A stretch of DNA of 64,000 nucleotides from Bacteroidales bacterium (GTDB taxonomy: Bacteria > Bacteroidota > Bacteroidia > Bacteroidales > VadinHA17), in assembly GCA_034002785.1 (NCBI GenBank), contig JAVEZX010000001.1, positions 2,984 through 66,983 on the forward strand. Direction: 5' to 3'. Shown in pieces: positions 1 through 8,000 of the stretch. A model generated the notes under the pieces. It had not been told where the DNA came from and made no database searches. It worked only from the letters and a program-made list of their open reading frames with translations. Within the stretch, counting starts at the first letter, position 1. The number at the start of each line of letters is the position of its first letter. The position numbers were made by a program, and so were the translations under genes.

Positions 1-423
1 GGCTCTCAGGCTGTCGGTTATCCATGCCAGTTTAGGAAAATTATCGATAGCTGCGTGCATGTCATTCACGGCGAAGATGACTGCCTGCCTATCAGCCTGA
101 GCAGGTACCGGTGTTTGTTTCCCGGGGGCATGGGAAGCTCCGGTGTATTTCGCGGAGCTGCAGGCCGCAAGTAGTCCGGTGGCCAGTATGAAAAGAAGCA
201 GGCGGATGATCCGGGTTCTCTTTTTGCGTCCTGAAAGAATAAACAGTGTGTTTCCGTCTGTCAGTGCCCCGTCGGGGGCGACAACATTACCGAACCGGTC
301 TTCCGCTACCGGAAGCCTCGCCGGTACTTTTCGCCCTGCGTGTTTATAAAAAGCCGCAATTGCGTCTCTTACCCGGCCTCCGTTACGGAGCTCAAGCAGA
401 GTATTGTTTACTGTGATTTTCAT
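1..423 (-). CDS. Partial CDS (N-terminus only, continues left of the window): lipoprotein-type 5'-nucleotidase/metallophosphoesterase-like protein with a ~65-aa N-terminal extension
   Basis: Absent from the ORF track because it runs off the window. My minus-strand translation from ATG 423..421 is open for 141 codons to position 1: MKITVNNTLLELRNGG...LFILSGRKKRTRIIRLLLFILATGLLAACSSAKYTG...QAVIFAVNDMHAAIDNFPKLAWITDSLRA. It has a lipobox (LAAC). VNDMHA resembles the first D-x-H metal motif of UshA/5'-nucleotidase-type phosphoesterases. Confidence 0.5.
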   Translation of the reverse strand, partial: MKITVNNTLLELRNGGRVRDAIAAFYKHAGRKVPARLPVAEDRFGNVVAPDGALTDGNTLFILSGRKKRTRIIRLLLFILATGLLAACSSAKYTGASHAPGKQTPVPAQADRQAVIFAVNDMHAAIDNFPKLAWITDSLRA

Positions 424-484
424 CTGACAGGTATTTGAATTCGATATGACGGATCAAAATACAATTTTTTTCTGATCCTTCAGA

Positions 485-1933
485 TCAGCTTCTCCTGAAC
501 GGTTTCGTAAAGACTGTAATAAATGTAAAGAGCTCGAGTCGTCCGATGATCATGAGGAATATCATTGTGATCTTGGCTATCGGGTTGAAATGGGCGAAGT
601 TGCCGGTATTACCTGACGGACCCAGTCCCGGGCCTATGTTTGCCATTGAGGTGGCAGCGGCTCCTGCGGATTCCATAATTGATATTCCTGATATCTGAAG
701 GATCAGCACGCTGGCCAGAAAGATTACAAAATAGAGAGAAATGAAGACCATAGTCTGGTTTACGACTACCTCGGGAACGGCATGGCCGTTTATCTTGACC
801 GGGATGACTGCATTTGGGTGATGAAGCCTGATAAATGAATTACTGAGGTTTTTGAAGAAGATCAGGTGCCTGGCAATTTTAATCCCGCCCGTGGTTGATC
901 CGGTTGAACCGCCTGAGAACATAAGCAGGAACATAATGAACCATCCCAGCGGTGAGAAGGCCATATAGTCGGTCGTTGCATATCCGGTACAGGTAATCTG
1001 GGAGACAACATGGAAAAAGCTGTGCCTGAATGACATTGCAAAGTTTCTGTCAGTTCCCGTGTATAGGATAACTGTAACGGCTGCTACAGCGGCTGTAATG
1101 GCGAACAGGTAGAACCAAAGTTCCTCATTGGCCTTCACCTTTCGGAAACTGCCTTTCAGAAGGTGATAGTAAACGACATAGCTCACTGCAGACAGCAGCA
1201 TGAAGACTGCGATAACATATTGCAGGTATGGCGAATACTCTGCGATGCTTGAATTTCGGGGTGAGAATCCTCCTGTGGCAACGGTTCCGAACGAATGACA
1301 GAGGCTGTCGAACAGATTCATTCCGCCAAGCAGGAGGAATAGCGTTTCGAGTGCAGTGATACCCACGTAGATAAACATGATCCGGTAAACCACCCCCTTT
1401 GCCTTCGGGTGAATCTTTTCCTTCATAGACGATTCCAGACTGAAGAGCTGGTACCCGGTAACCTTCAGTGATGGAAGCACCAGTATTACAAGCACTATTA
1501 TCCCGATACCACCGATCCAGTGGGTCATGCTTCTCCAGAAAAGGATTGAATGCGGCAGGGATTCGATATCTGACAGGATTGACGCACCGGTAGTTGTCAA
1601 TCCCGATGCTGCTTCGAAAAGTGCATCGATAAAGGATGGGATTGACTTCCCGATAAGGTAAGGAAGTGCGCCGGCAAGAGAGATCAACAGCCAGGCTGAT
1701 GTCACTATGAGATAAGTATCTCTGTGGGTAATCAGGCTGGTATCTGCTTTCCTGGTAAAAAACCACAGTAATCCGCCCAGCAGACCGCATATCGCAGCTG
1801 AAAGGATAAATGGTCCTCCCGGTTCATTGTAGATAACCGATACAGGAAGGCACAGAAGGATCGCTGCTGCCTCAATAAGCAGAATCGAGCTAAGTACCCT
1901 TGCAATATGGACCGGATTAATGAGCCTCATCAA
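485..1933 (-). CDS. trkH: TrkH/KtrB-family potassium uptake membrane subunit
   Basis: 482-aa polytopic membrane protein with four pore-loop glycine motifs typical of TrkH: GLTTTGAS, TVATGGFS, CTGYATT, GGSTGSTTGGIK. Confidence 0.9.
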   Translation of the reverse strand: MMRLINPVHIARVLSSILLIEAAAILLCLPVSVIYNEPGGPFILSAAICGLLGGLLWFFTRKADTSLITHRDTYLIVTSAWLLISLAGALPYLIGKSIPSFIDALFEAASGLTTTGASILSDIESLPHSILFWRSMTHWIGGIGIIVLVILVLPSLKVTGYQLFSLESSMKEKIHPKAKGVVYRIMFIYVGITALETLFLLLGGMNLFDSLCHSFGTVATGGFSPRNSSIAEYSPYLQYVIAVFMLLSAVSYVVYYHLLKGSFRKVKANEELWFYLFAITAAVAAVTVILYTGTDRNFAMSFRHSFFHVVSQITCTGYATTDYMAFSPLGWFIMFLLMFSGGSTGSTTGGIKIARHLIFFKNLSNSFIRLHHPNAVIPVKINGHAVPEVVVNQTMVFISLYFVIFLASVLILQISGISIMESAGAAATSMANIGPGLGPSGNTGNFAHFNPIAKITMIFLMIIGRLELFTFITVFTKPFRRS

Positions 1934-2009
1934 TTGATTTGATAAATGCGGGTCAAAGATCCGTCCTTAATCATAAGAATATAATTAAGAATTGGATGGA
2001 GACTATAAA

Positions 2010-2051
2010 GATTTCATAAAGAGATGGTACCCGGGGGTACACTATGAAATC
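2010..2051 (-). terminator. Nested stem-loop between the kdpE stop and trkH; probable terminator or attenuator of the two-component operon
   Basis: Perfect 9-bp arms GATTTCATA (2010..2018) and TATGAAATC (2043..2051) enclose an inner GTACCC/GGGTAC palindrome (2027..2040). On the minus strand the structure is followed by TTTAT. Confidence 0.4.
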
Positions 2052-2086
2052 AGAGGACTGTAAGAAGAGGTTGGCCTGGTTCTTTT

Positions 2087-2770
2087 TCAGCTTCCGAACC
2101 TGTACCCGATCCCAGATTCGGTTATAAGAAGCACCGGGCTTGCCGGGTTATCTTCGATCTTCTTTCTCAGCTGGGCAACGAAGACCCTGAGGTATTGTGT
2201 CTGTTCCAGGTATCCGTATCCCCATATTTCCTTAAGGATGAACTGATGGGTCAGAACCCTTCCGCTGTTCTTTGCAAGCAGTGTCAGAAGTGAGTATTCG
2301 GTGGAGGTCAGCTTGACTATATCGCCGTTTTTGCGTACCACATGATTCAGCATATCTATTGTCAGCGATCCGAACTCCATCAGAGGCGTGTCCTTCTTTT
2401 CCTCGCTGAGCCTGATAGCGGCCCTGATCCTTGCAACGAGTTCGCCGCTCCTGAAGGGTTTGGTAAGGTAATCATTTGCACCGTTGTCAAGAGCATTGAT
2501 TATGTCTTCTTCGGAACTGCGCACGGAGAGGACAATTACAGGTTTTGCATACCATTCCCTTAGCTTCATCAACAGTTTCATACCATCAATATCAGGCAAA
2601 CCCAGGTCAAGGATAATAAGTGCAGGGCTGTGTGTAGCGGCTGCCACAAGGCCCTCTTTCCCGCTTGTGGCGAAGACGGTGTTGTAGCCGTATGTGGAAA
2701 GGGATATCTCCAGCAGCCTGCGGATCTGAACCTCATCGTCAACGATCAGTATAGTCCTTGTTTCCGTCAT
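2087..2770 (-). CDS. kdpE: OmpR-family response regulator, KdpE-like
   Basis: Receiver domain (IILDLGLPDIDG, KP motif) plus a winged-helix output domain. TQYLRVFVAQLRKKIE...ITESGIGYRF closely parallels E. coli KdpE (TQYLRIYMGHLRQKLE...ITETGIGYRF). Its start overlaps the upstream kinase stop by 4 bp. Confidence 0.85.
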   Translation of the reverse strand: MTETRTILIVDDEVQIRRLLEISLSTYGYNTVFATSGKEGLVAAATHSPALIILDLGLPDIDGMKLLMKLREWYAKPVIVLSVRSSEEDIINALDNGANDYLTKPFRSGELVARIRAAIRLSEEKKDTPLMEFGSLTIDMLNHVVRKNGDIVKLTSTEYSLLTLLAKNSGRVLTHQFILKEIWGYGYLEQTQYLRVFVAQLRKKIEDNPASPVLLITESGIGYRFGS

Positions 2771-4296
2771 TCTGAAAGGTTTAGATTATTCATGTCAGGG
2801 AGCTTTGATGGAATTGTGATTGTGAACTGTGCGCCTCCGTCATCGTTATTTCTTACTATGACAGTGCCTTTATGAACATCGATCAGGCCTTTAACTATTG
2901 AGAGTCCCAGCCCAAGACCTCCTGCAAGAGAGCCTTCTACTCGGAAGAATTTGTCAAACAGGCGTGGCAGGGCTTCAGGCGGAAATCCAGGGCCGCCGTC
3001 GGACACCCTGATAATCAGATGATTTCTTCTGTAAGAGGCTTCCAGCCTCAGTTCCGTTCCAGGCTTGGAGTGTTGTGAGGAGTTAAGCAGCAGATTAATA
3101 AGCACATGCTCCATAAGTGCAAAATCTATTCTGACCAGCGGCATGTCATCAGGAACAACAGTGACCAGTCGGAAGGGTTCCAGTTCCTGCTTCAGACTCC
3201 GGGTGGCCCTGTGAAACAGGTCATTCACATCATGCCAGTCGAGACGCAGTGAAATCCTTCCGCTCTCGATTCGTGACATATTGAGAAGGTTTTCAGTAAG
3301 ATGGTTGAGTCTGGCTGAGGCTTTAAATATTTCACCGTAAAGTTCCTCCCTGTTGCTCTCCGATGTCTCCGCAAGCATCAGTGTATCAGAGGCTCCCATA
3401 ATTGCAGCAATCGGGATCCTGAACTCATGTGAAATCAGGTTGAAAAGTGTGCCGTAGAAGCGGTCTGACTCATCGAGGACCCTTGCCTTGATTGCCATCT
3501 CCCCCAGGAATTCACGTTCCATGGCGTTTGCGATGTGGGTACAATAGGTATCCCAGAATATGTCTTTGTTTATGAACCTGTGCTCATCAATTTTGAATGT
3601 CACAACGCCCGGACTTATTCTTGCTCCGGTAAGGGGGTAGTATGTAAGGATTGCCTCATTCATTGTACCCGTGTGTCTGCCGGCTTTCTTCCGGTTGGTG
3701 AATACCCAGCCTGCAATTTCAGGGTCAGGTCGATCTGTCGCAATGATGTCTGAATCCGCAGACGGAGGAAGAAGGTTATTATTCCCATCCTGAATTATGA
3801 ACCATGCTTCAGCGCCGAAGCGTTTCATGAAATCGTCACCTGCCACCTTCATGACTCCGTCAATGCCTCTTGTTTTGGACAGTTCTCCCGTGAGCTGAAA
3901 CAGAGCATTGGTCTCGTCTTCCCTGGCCCGGACCAGCCTTTCCTGCCTCCTTATGCGGTTTGTCAGAATTCCGTTGAGAAGTGCAATTATGAAGAAGGAG
4001 ACGAACATCAGCCTGTCCTCGGTATTGGCGATATGGAAGGTATGGAAGGGAGGAATAAAGAAGTAGTTCCAGGCAACGGCGCTCATTGTTGATGCAAGCA
4101 GGACCGGGCCTATGCCCAGAAATACTGCCAGTATGGCTACCACAAACAACAGGATGAAGGAGACTGTATGATAACTCTGTGGGTTTGACAAGGGTATACA
4201 TGCCAGGGTTGTCAGACCAATTATCAGTACAACAAGCAGGTAAGGGTAGATATGCCGGAACATCCCCTTCGTGGGTGGTGATTCTTTGCCAGCCAT
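2767..4296 (-). CDS. Sensor histidine kinase corresponding to the C-terminal half of KdpD (membrane DUF4118-like region, GAF-like linker, HisKA, HATPase); no N-terminal KdpD/Usp module
   Basis: 509 aa. It has four N-terminal TM helices, the H-box SHEFRIPIAAI, an N-box LINLLLNSSQHS and G-boxes DGGPGF / GGLGLGLSIV. E. coli KdpD is about 890 aa, so the cytoplasmic N-terminal sensor half is absent. No such ORF lies upstream (4297..4518 is non-coding). Confidence 0.8.
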   Translation of the reverse strand: MAGKESPPTKGMFRHIYPYLLVVLIIGLTTLACIPLSNPQSYHTVSFILLFVVAILAVFLGIGPVLLASTMSAVAWNYFFIPPFHTFHIANTEDRLMFVSFFIIALLNGILTNRIRRQERLVRAREDETNALFQLTGELSKTRGIDGVMKVAGDDFMKRFGAEAWFIIQDGNNNLLPPSADSDIIATDRPDPEIAGWVFTNRKKAGRHTGTMNEAILTYYPLTGARISPGVVTFKIDEHRFINKDIFWDTYCTHIANAMEREFLGEMAIKARVLDESDRFYGTLFNLISHEFRIPIAAIMGASDTLMLAETSESNREELYGEIFKASARLNHLTENLLNMSRIESGRISLRLDWHDVNDLFHRATRSLKQELEPFRLVTVVPDDMPLVRIDFALMEHVLINLLLNSSQHSKPGTELRLEASYRRNHLIIRVSDGGPGFPPEALPRLFDKFFRVEGSLAGGLGLGLSIVKGLIDVHKGTVIVRNNDDGGAQFTITIPSKLPDMNNLNLSE

Positions 4297-4518
4297 GGTT
4301 TGTTATAAAATCATTCTCACAAAGTTAAATCCAATGTCTTCAATATACTGCTTTATTCACGCAACTAAATTGGGCTTATGTTTATAAAGACATTATTAAT
4401 ATTTGCTTCCGGACTGAAAAGATTTTATAAATATCCGGGCAGAATGTAACCCGGAAGCCGTCGGGGCCGTTTAACAATTTGCATTACACACCGGCGAGGG
4501 TATGTAGTCAAACGGTTC

Positions 4519-7050
4519 ATGAAGAGATGGATCCTATATATTATTTCAGTATTGTTGTCTTTGAGTGCCAATGGGCAGAGCTGTTCCATTCTCTCGAAGG
4601 CTAACAATATAACTCCGGATAAGCTCTGTTCCCCGGTGACTGCCACCTGGACCGTCAGCTATACAGGGGTTAACGATGACGGTTACCCGGTCAGCATCAG
4701 GTATGACTGGAATAATGGCAATGTTATCACGGTTCCTGCCGTTGAGACATCGCCCGGAGTCTTCGAAGCCACTTCAATAAACACCTACACATCAGCAGGT
4801 AACGTCTGCAACTATCATCCTCAGGCAACTCTTATGGTCAACGGGGTACTGTGTACTTCTTCATCCCAGGAACAGATAGTCACCGTCTGGGATGACGATG
4901 ACCACAACGGTGGTCATATGCACATAAACCCGGTAGTATACCCGATATGCTTCGGGAACAGTGCCAACGTCCGTTTTCAGGACCTGACTCAGTTCAACTG
5001 TGTGCCACCGCAGGAGAGGGATAACCCGAACGTCAACACCAGGTGGATACAGTGGATTTACGGTACAGACAACACCATGACCGGGATTCCGCTTACAATT
5101 GACGGGCACAACAGGGCCTTTCCATACATTGACAACGTAATTACGCTTACCGGACCCGTGACCGGATCAGGCGTATGGTCTGACGTGATTTTCGTGGCTA
5201 ATGACAAGCTTATCGGTCAGTATTTTGAGGTGACTCTCCGGAACTGGAACTACTGCAATCCTTATGATGATCCCAAGATCCCGGGACCTCCGCATGACCG
5301 TGACAACGGCGATTATCCGCCGGTGGAAACCACTGCCAGGATACTGATAGTTCCCTACCCAGATGCAACAATCACCCCGGTTAACCCGATGTGCGCAAAT
5401 GCACCCCCGGTAGCATTGTCGGCTGCTGATCCGGGCGGCACCTGGTCCGGAAACGGAGTGAGCGGCAATATATTTGATCCCTCACTGGCCGGCCCCGGAA
5501 ACCATACAATAAGATACAGTGTAACCAACGGTGACGGTTGCAGCGATAATGACCAGACTGTTATAACCGTTTATCCGGTTCCTGATGCCACAATTATCAC
5601 CGCAGGGATTGCATGTTCAACCGACCCGGCAATAACACTTCAGGCACAGGATCCGGGAGGGATATGGTCAGGCACAGGTATCTCGGGAAATATTTTCTAC
5701 CCAGCCATTGCCGGCTCGGGGAATCATATCATAACATATTCAATTACCGATGCAAACGGCTGTACGGATTCGGACTCCGCGATACTTACCGTTGCGACTC
5801 CCGACGCGACAATCAATCCGGTCGATACCCTTTGTGAGGACAGTCCCGCTGTCCCGCTGACCGCGCGTGACCTGGGCGGACTATGGTCAGGACCAGGTGT
5901 CGTGGGTAACCAGTTCATGCCGGCACTGGCCGGAACAGGGAGACATATTATCAGGTATGATATCCTTAATACGGATTGTGCGGCATGGGATACTGTTGTT
6001 ATAACTGTCATGCCGCTGCCTTCCATAATTATTGATGGGCCGGGAACACTTTTCCTGAATGGTCCACCGGTAAGCCTCACAGCCTGGCCCACCGGCGGAA
6101 CCTGGTCAGGGCCTGCTCTCACCGGCAACCAGTTTGATCCTTCTGCGGCAGGCATCGGTAATCATCTGCTGACCTATTCCATACCTCCTGAAAGCTGGGG
6201 TTGTGCAGCGCAGCGCGATGTTTATGTCAGTGTGATCATGCCCCCGATGCCTGTGGCCGATTTTGAAGGTGCAACAACTGGGTGCGCCCCGCTTACAGTA
6301 CAGTTCATCAACAAGAGCCAGCACGGTGAGAGCTATACCTGGGATTTTGGCGACAAGCAGTACTCATCCGATAAAGATCCGGCACACACTTATTTTGTCC
6401 CCGGGACCTACCTGGTGAAACTGACCGTCCACAACATTGCCGGTGAGTCTGTCCGAAACGGGGTAATAACCGTATTCCAGAATCCATCTGCCATCTTTGA
6501 TGCCTACCCCACACATGTGGTAAACAATGAGCAGATAGTGATCTTCTACAGCTATTCATACTTTGCCGAATCATGGCTATGGAGGTTTGGCGACGGAGAG
6601 ACCTCCACCGAGGAGAACCCGTATCACAAATATGAATCGCCCGGATCATATACGGTATCACTTGTAGTCTCCACAAATGAAGGCTGCATTGATTCTGCCG
6701 CCATGGAGACTCCGGTAACGGTTGAATGGAAGACCGGCACCATTAAGTATCCAAATGCCTTCAAATGGAATGAAACAGGCCCCACCGGCGGGGAATGGAC
6801 AGAAGGAATTAATCCATCAATGGATAATGTATTCAGACCGTTTTTTGAGAATGTCATTGAATACAGGCTTCAGATCTTCAACAGGTGGGGAGTGCTGATC
6901 TATGAAAGTTATGACCTTAAAAAGGGGTGGGACGGTTATTTCGGTGCCGGCAACCTGGCACCACAGGGTGTATATGTCTGGAAGGCTACCGGCAGGTATG
7001 CCGACGGAGAGTATTTTGACAAGGTGGGTGATGTGACGTTTCTGCACTGA
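4519..7050 (+). CDS. Secreted multi-domain surface protein: signal peptide, unknown N-domain, 4 tandem ~74-aa Cys-containing repeats, 2 PKD domains, gliding-motility/T9SS type-B C-terminal sorting domain
   Basis: Signal peptide MKRWILYIISVLLSLSANGQ. PKD motifs are WDFGDKQYSS...PAHTYFVPGTYLVKLTV and WRFGDGETST...PYHKYESPGSYTVSLVV. The C-terminus (NVFRPFFENVIEYRLQIFNRWGVLIYES...GWDGYF...APQGVYVWKA) matches the CHU_C/type-B sorting domain pattern. Confidence 0.8.
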   Translation: MKRWILYIISVLLSLSANGQSCSILSKANNITPDKLCSPVTATWTVSYTGVNDDGYPVSIRYDWNNGNVITVPAVETSPGVFEATSINTYTSAGNVCNYHPQATLMVNGVLCTSSSQEQIVTVWDDDDHNGGHMHINPVVYPICFGNSANVRFQDLTQFNCVPPQERDNPNVNTRWIQWIYGTDNTMTGIPLTIDGHNRAFPYIDNVITLTGPVTGSGVWSDVIFVANDKLIGQYFEVTLRNWNYCNPYDDPKIPGPPHDRDNGDYPPVETTARILIVPYPDATITPVNPMCANAPPVALSAADPGGTWSGNGVSGNIFDPSLAGPGNHTIRYSVTNGDGCSDNDQTVITVYPVPDATIITAGIACSTDPAITLQAQDPGGIWSGTGISGNIFYPAIAGSGNHIITYSITDANGCTDSDSAILTVATPDATINPVDTLCEDSPAVPLTARDLGGLWSGPGVVGNQFMPALAGTGRHIIRYDILNTDCAAWDTVVITVMPLPSIIIDGPGTLFLNGPPVSLTAWPTGGTWSGPALTGNQFDPSAAGIGNHLLTYSIPPESWGCAAQRDVYVSVIMPPMPVADFEGATTGCAPLTVQFINKSQHGESYTWDFGDKQYSSDKDPAHTYFVPGTYLVKLTVHNIAGESVRNGVITVFQNPSAIFDAYPTHVVNNEQIVIFYSYSYFAESWLWRFGDGETSTEENPYHKYESPGSYTVSLVVSTNEGCIDSAAMETPVTVEWKTGTIKYPNAFKWNETGPTGGEWTEGINPSMDNVFRPFFENVIEYRLQIFNRWGVLIYESYDLKKGWDGYFGAGNLAPQGVYVWKATGRYADGEYFDKVGDVTFLH
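5359..6246 (+). repeat. Four in-frame tandem protein repeats (starts about 5359, 5581, 5800, 6019; 73-75 aa each) inside the 843-aa protein
   Basis: Recurring pattern PDATIxPVxxxCxxxPxVxLxAxDPGGxWSGxGVxGNxFxPxxAGxGxHxIxYSxT..GC.D.D...ITV, read directly from the translation (residues ~281-576). Confidence 0.75.
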
Positions 7051-7090
7051 CACATTCGACTGTAACACAGAAATCATTTCCCATTACAAT

Positions 7091-7121
7091 AAAAAAAAGT
7101 ACCCGGCTTTTTGCCGGGCAC
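7091..7121 (-). terminator. Rho-independent terminator of the 7149..7967 lipoprotein gene, lying between convergent genes
   Basis: The minus strand reads GTGCCCGGC-AAAAA-GCCGGGTAC followed by T8. This is a 9-bp stem with one G-U pair. Confidence 0.7.
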
Positions 7122-7148
7122 TTGAGAATAGTCTTTTTGAAACAGTAA

Positions 7149-7967
7149 TTATTTAGCTGCAGGTGCAGGCTTGAACTTCCATACCCAGCCGGTACCATGA
7201 CCGCTGGCAGATACGAACAGGGTCAGGCGGTCAGCGGTAAATTCCTTGATTTCGAATACCTTGCCGTCACCATCTGTGAAGCCAAGAATATTGGCATCAC
7301 CTTTCAGTGTAAGCTTTGTAAAATCGGCATTGAAGGCCCATGTGGTTCCGGTAACGGGGGCTGCAGTGGGAGATGCATAATATGTGTAGTTTGCACCGCC
7401 ATTCAGGTCAAACTTTATCATCCCGGCAGCGTCTGGCGGCGGGCAGCATGTGCCGCCTGCATTCCACCACAATGCACCCCAGTTGCCCGGGTCTGTCATG
7501 TACCACCATAGTCCGTTATCACCCCCTACGCCATCAAAAACCCATGTCTTCCCTTCGAGGTTTTCACCTACGAGCTTATAATAAGCCTCAGGAAGTTCAT
7601 GATCAAGCTGGGTGATTGTCACATCTACTGATTTGGATATGTAGCTGACGTTTGAAACATCATTGCCATCCAGGTATGGTGTAGTGACATAGAATGTGAA
7701 GGTACTTGTTCCCGGTATAGGGAAGATAACATCCACCCTGTCTGAAAACTTCCTGTCAATCACGTAGTCCCAGTATCCGGCAACTCCCGGAGTATTCATA
7801 CGTATTGAGAGTTCGTTTCCTCCCGTAGTTGACTGCACAACTTCAAGCTGGATGTCATCCGGATCGAAGCTGTTTGAGAGGGCAGCCCTGTTCTCTATCG
7901 GCTCGCACGCTGCAAAGAAGATTGTCAGCGCCCCGACTATGATGCTTATTGCTTTATTCATTTTCAT
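7149..7967 (-). CDS. Hypothetical surface lipoprotein encoded downstream of susD (position typical of a PUL surface glycan-binding protein)
   Basis: Lipoprotein signal MKMNKAISIIVGALTIFFAAC. It is the third gene of the susC-susD string. I recognise no catalytic motif. Confidence 0.6.
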   Translation of the reverse strand: MKMNKAISIIVGALTIFFAACEPIENRAALSNSFDPDDIQLEVVQSTTGGNELSIRMNTPGVAGYWDYVIDRKFSDRVDVIFPIPGTSTFTFYVTTPYLDGNDVSNVSYISKSVDVTITQLDHELPEAYYKLVGENLEGKTWVFDGVGGDNGLWWYMTDPGNWGALWWNAGGTCCPPPDAAGMIKFDLNGGANYTYYASPTAAPVTGTTWAFNADFTKLTLKGDANILGFTDGDGKVFEIKEFTADRLTLFVSASGHGTGWVWKFKPAPAAK

Positions 7968-8000
7968 AATTATATGAATTTCATGTTATTACTAAGCCTG

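Noticed and set aside
143-349. A 68-aa plus-strand ORF at the left edge.
   Set aside because: It is antisense to the open-ended minus-strand ORF (1..423), which has a lipobox and a phosphoesterase motif.
440-500. Hairpins around the trkH stop (GGATCA...TGATCC and CTGATC-CTTCA-GATCAG).
   Set aside because: On the transcribed minus strand they are followed by an A-run rather than a U-run, and one of them overlaps the stop codon. They are not a canonical terminator.
1125-1790. Long ORFs antisense or out of frame within confidently assigned genes. Examples: 1125..1790, 3860..4201, 5724..6155, 6308..6676, 13214..13636, 20759..21217, 22332..22934, 24230..24886, 27167..27754, 27995..28357, 39326..40331, 45211..46227.
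   Set aside because: Each lies entirely inside a longer ORF with clear family motifs on the other strand or frame. Their translations are low-complexity or Arg/Ser/Pro-rich with no recognisable domain, which is typical of shadow ORFs.
1934-2086. A possible K+-related riboswitch (e.g. the c-di-AMP ydaO type) in the leader of trkH, suggested by the nested hairpin.
   Set aside because: The spacer is only 153 nt. I cannot find the pseudo-symmetric conserved cores expected of that riboswitch. The structure followed by TTTAT is more simply a terminator of the upstream two-component operon. Not excluded; a covariance-model scan would settle it.
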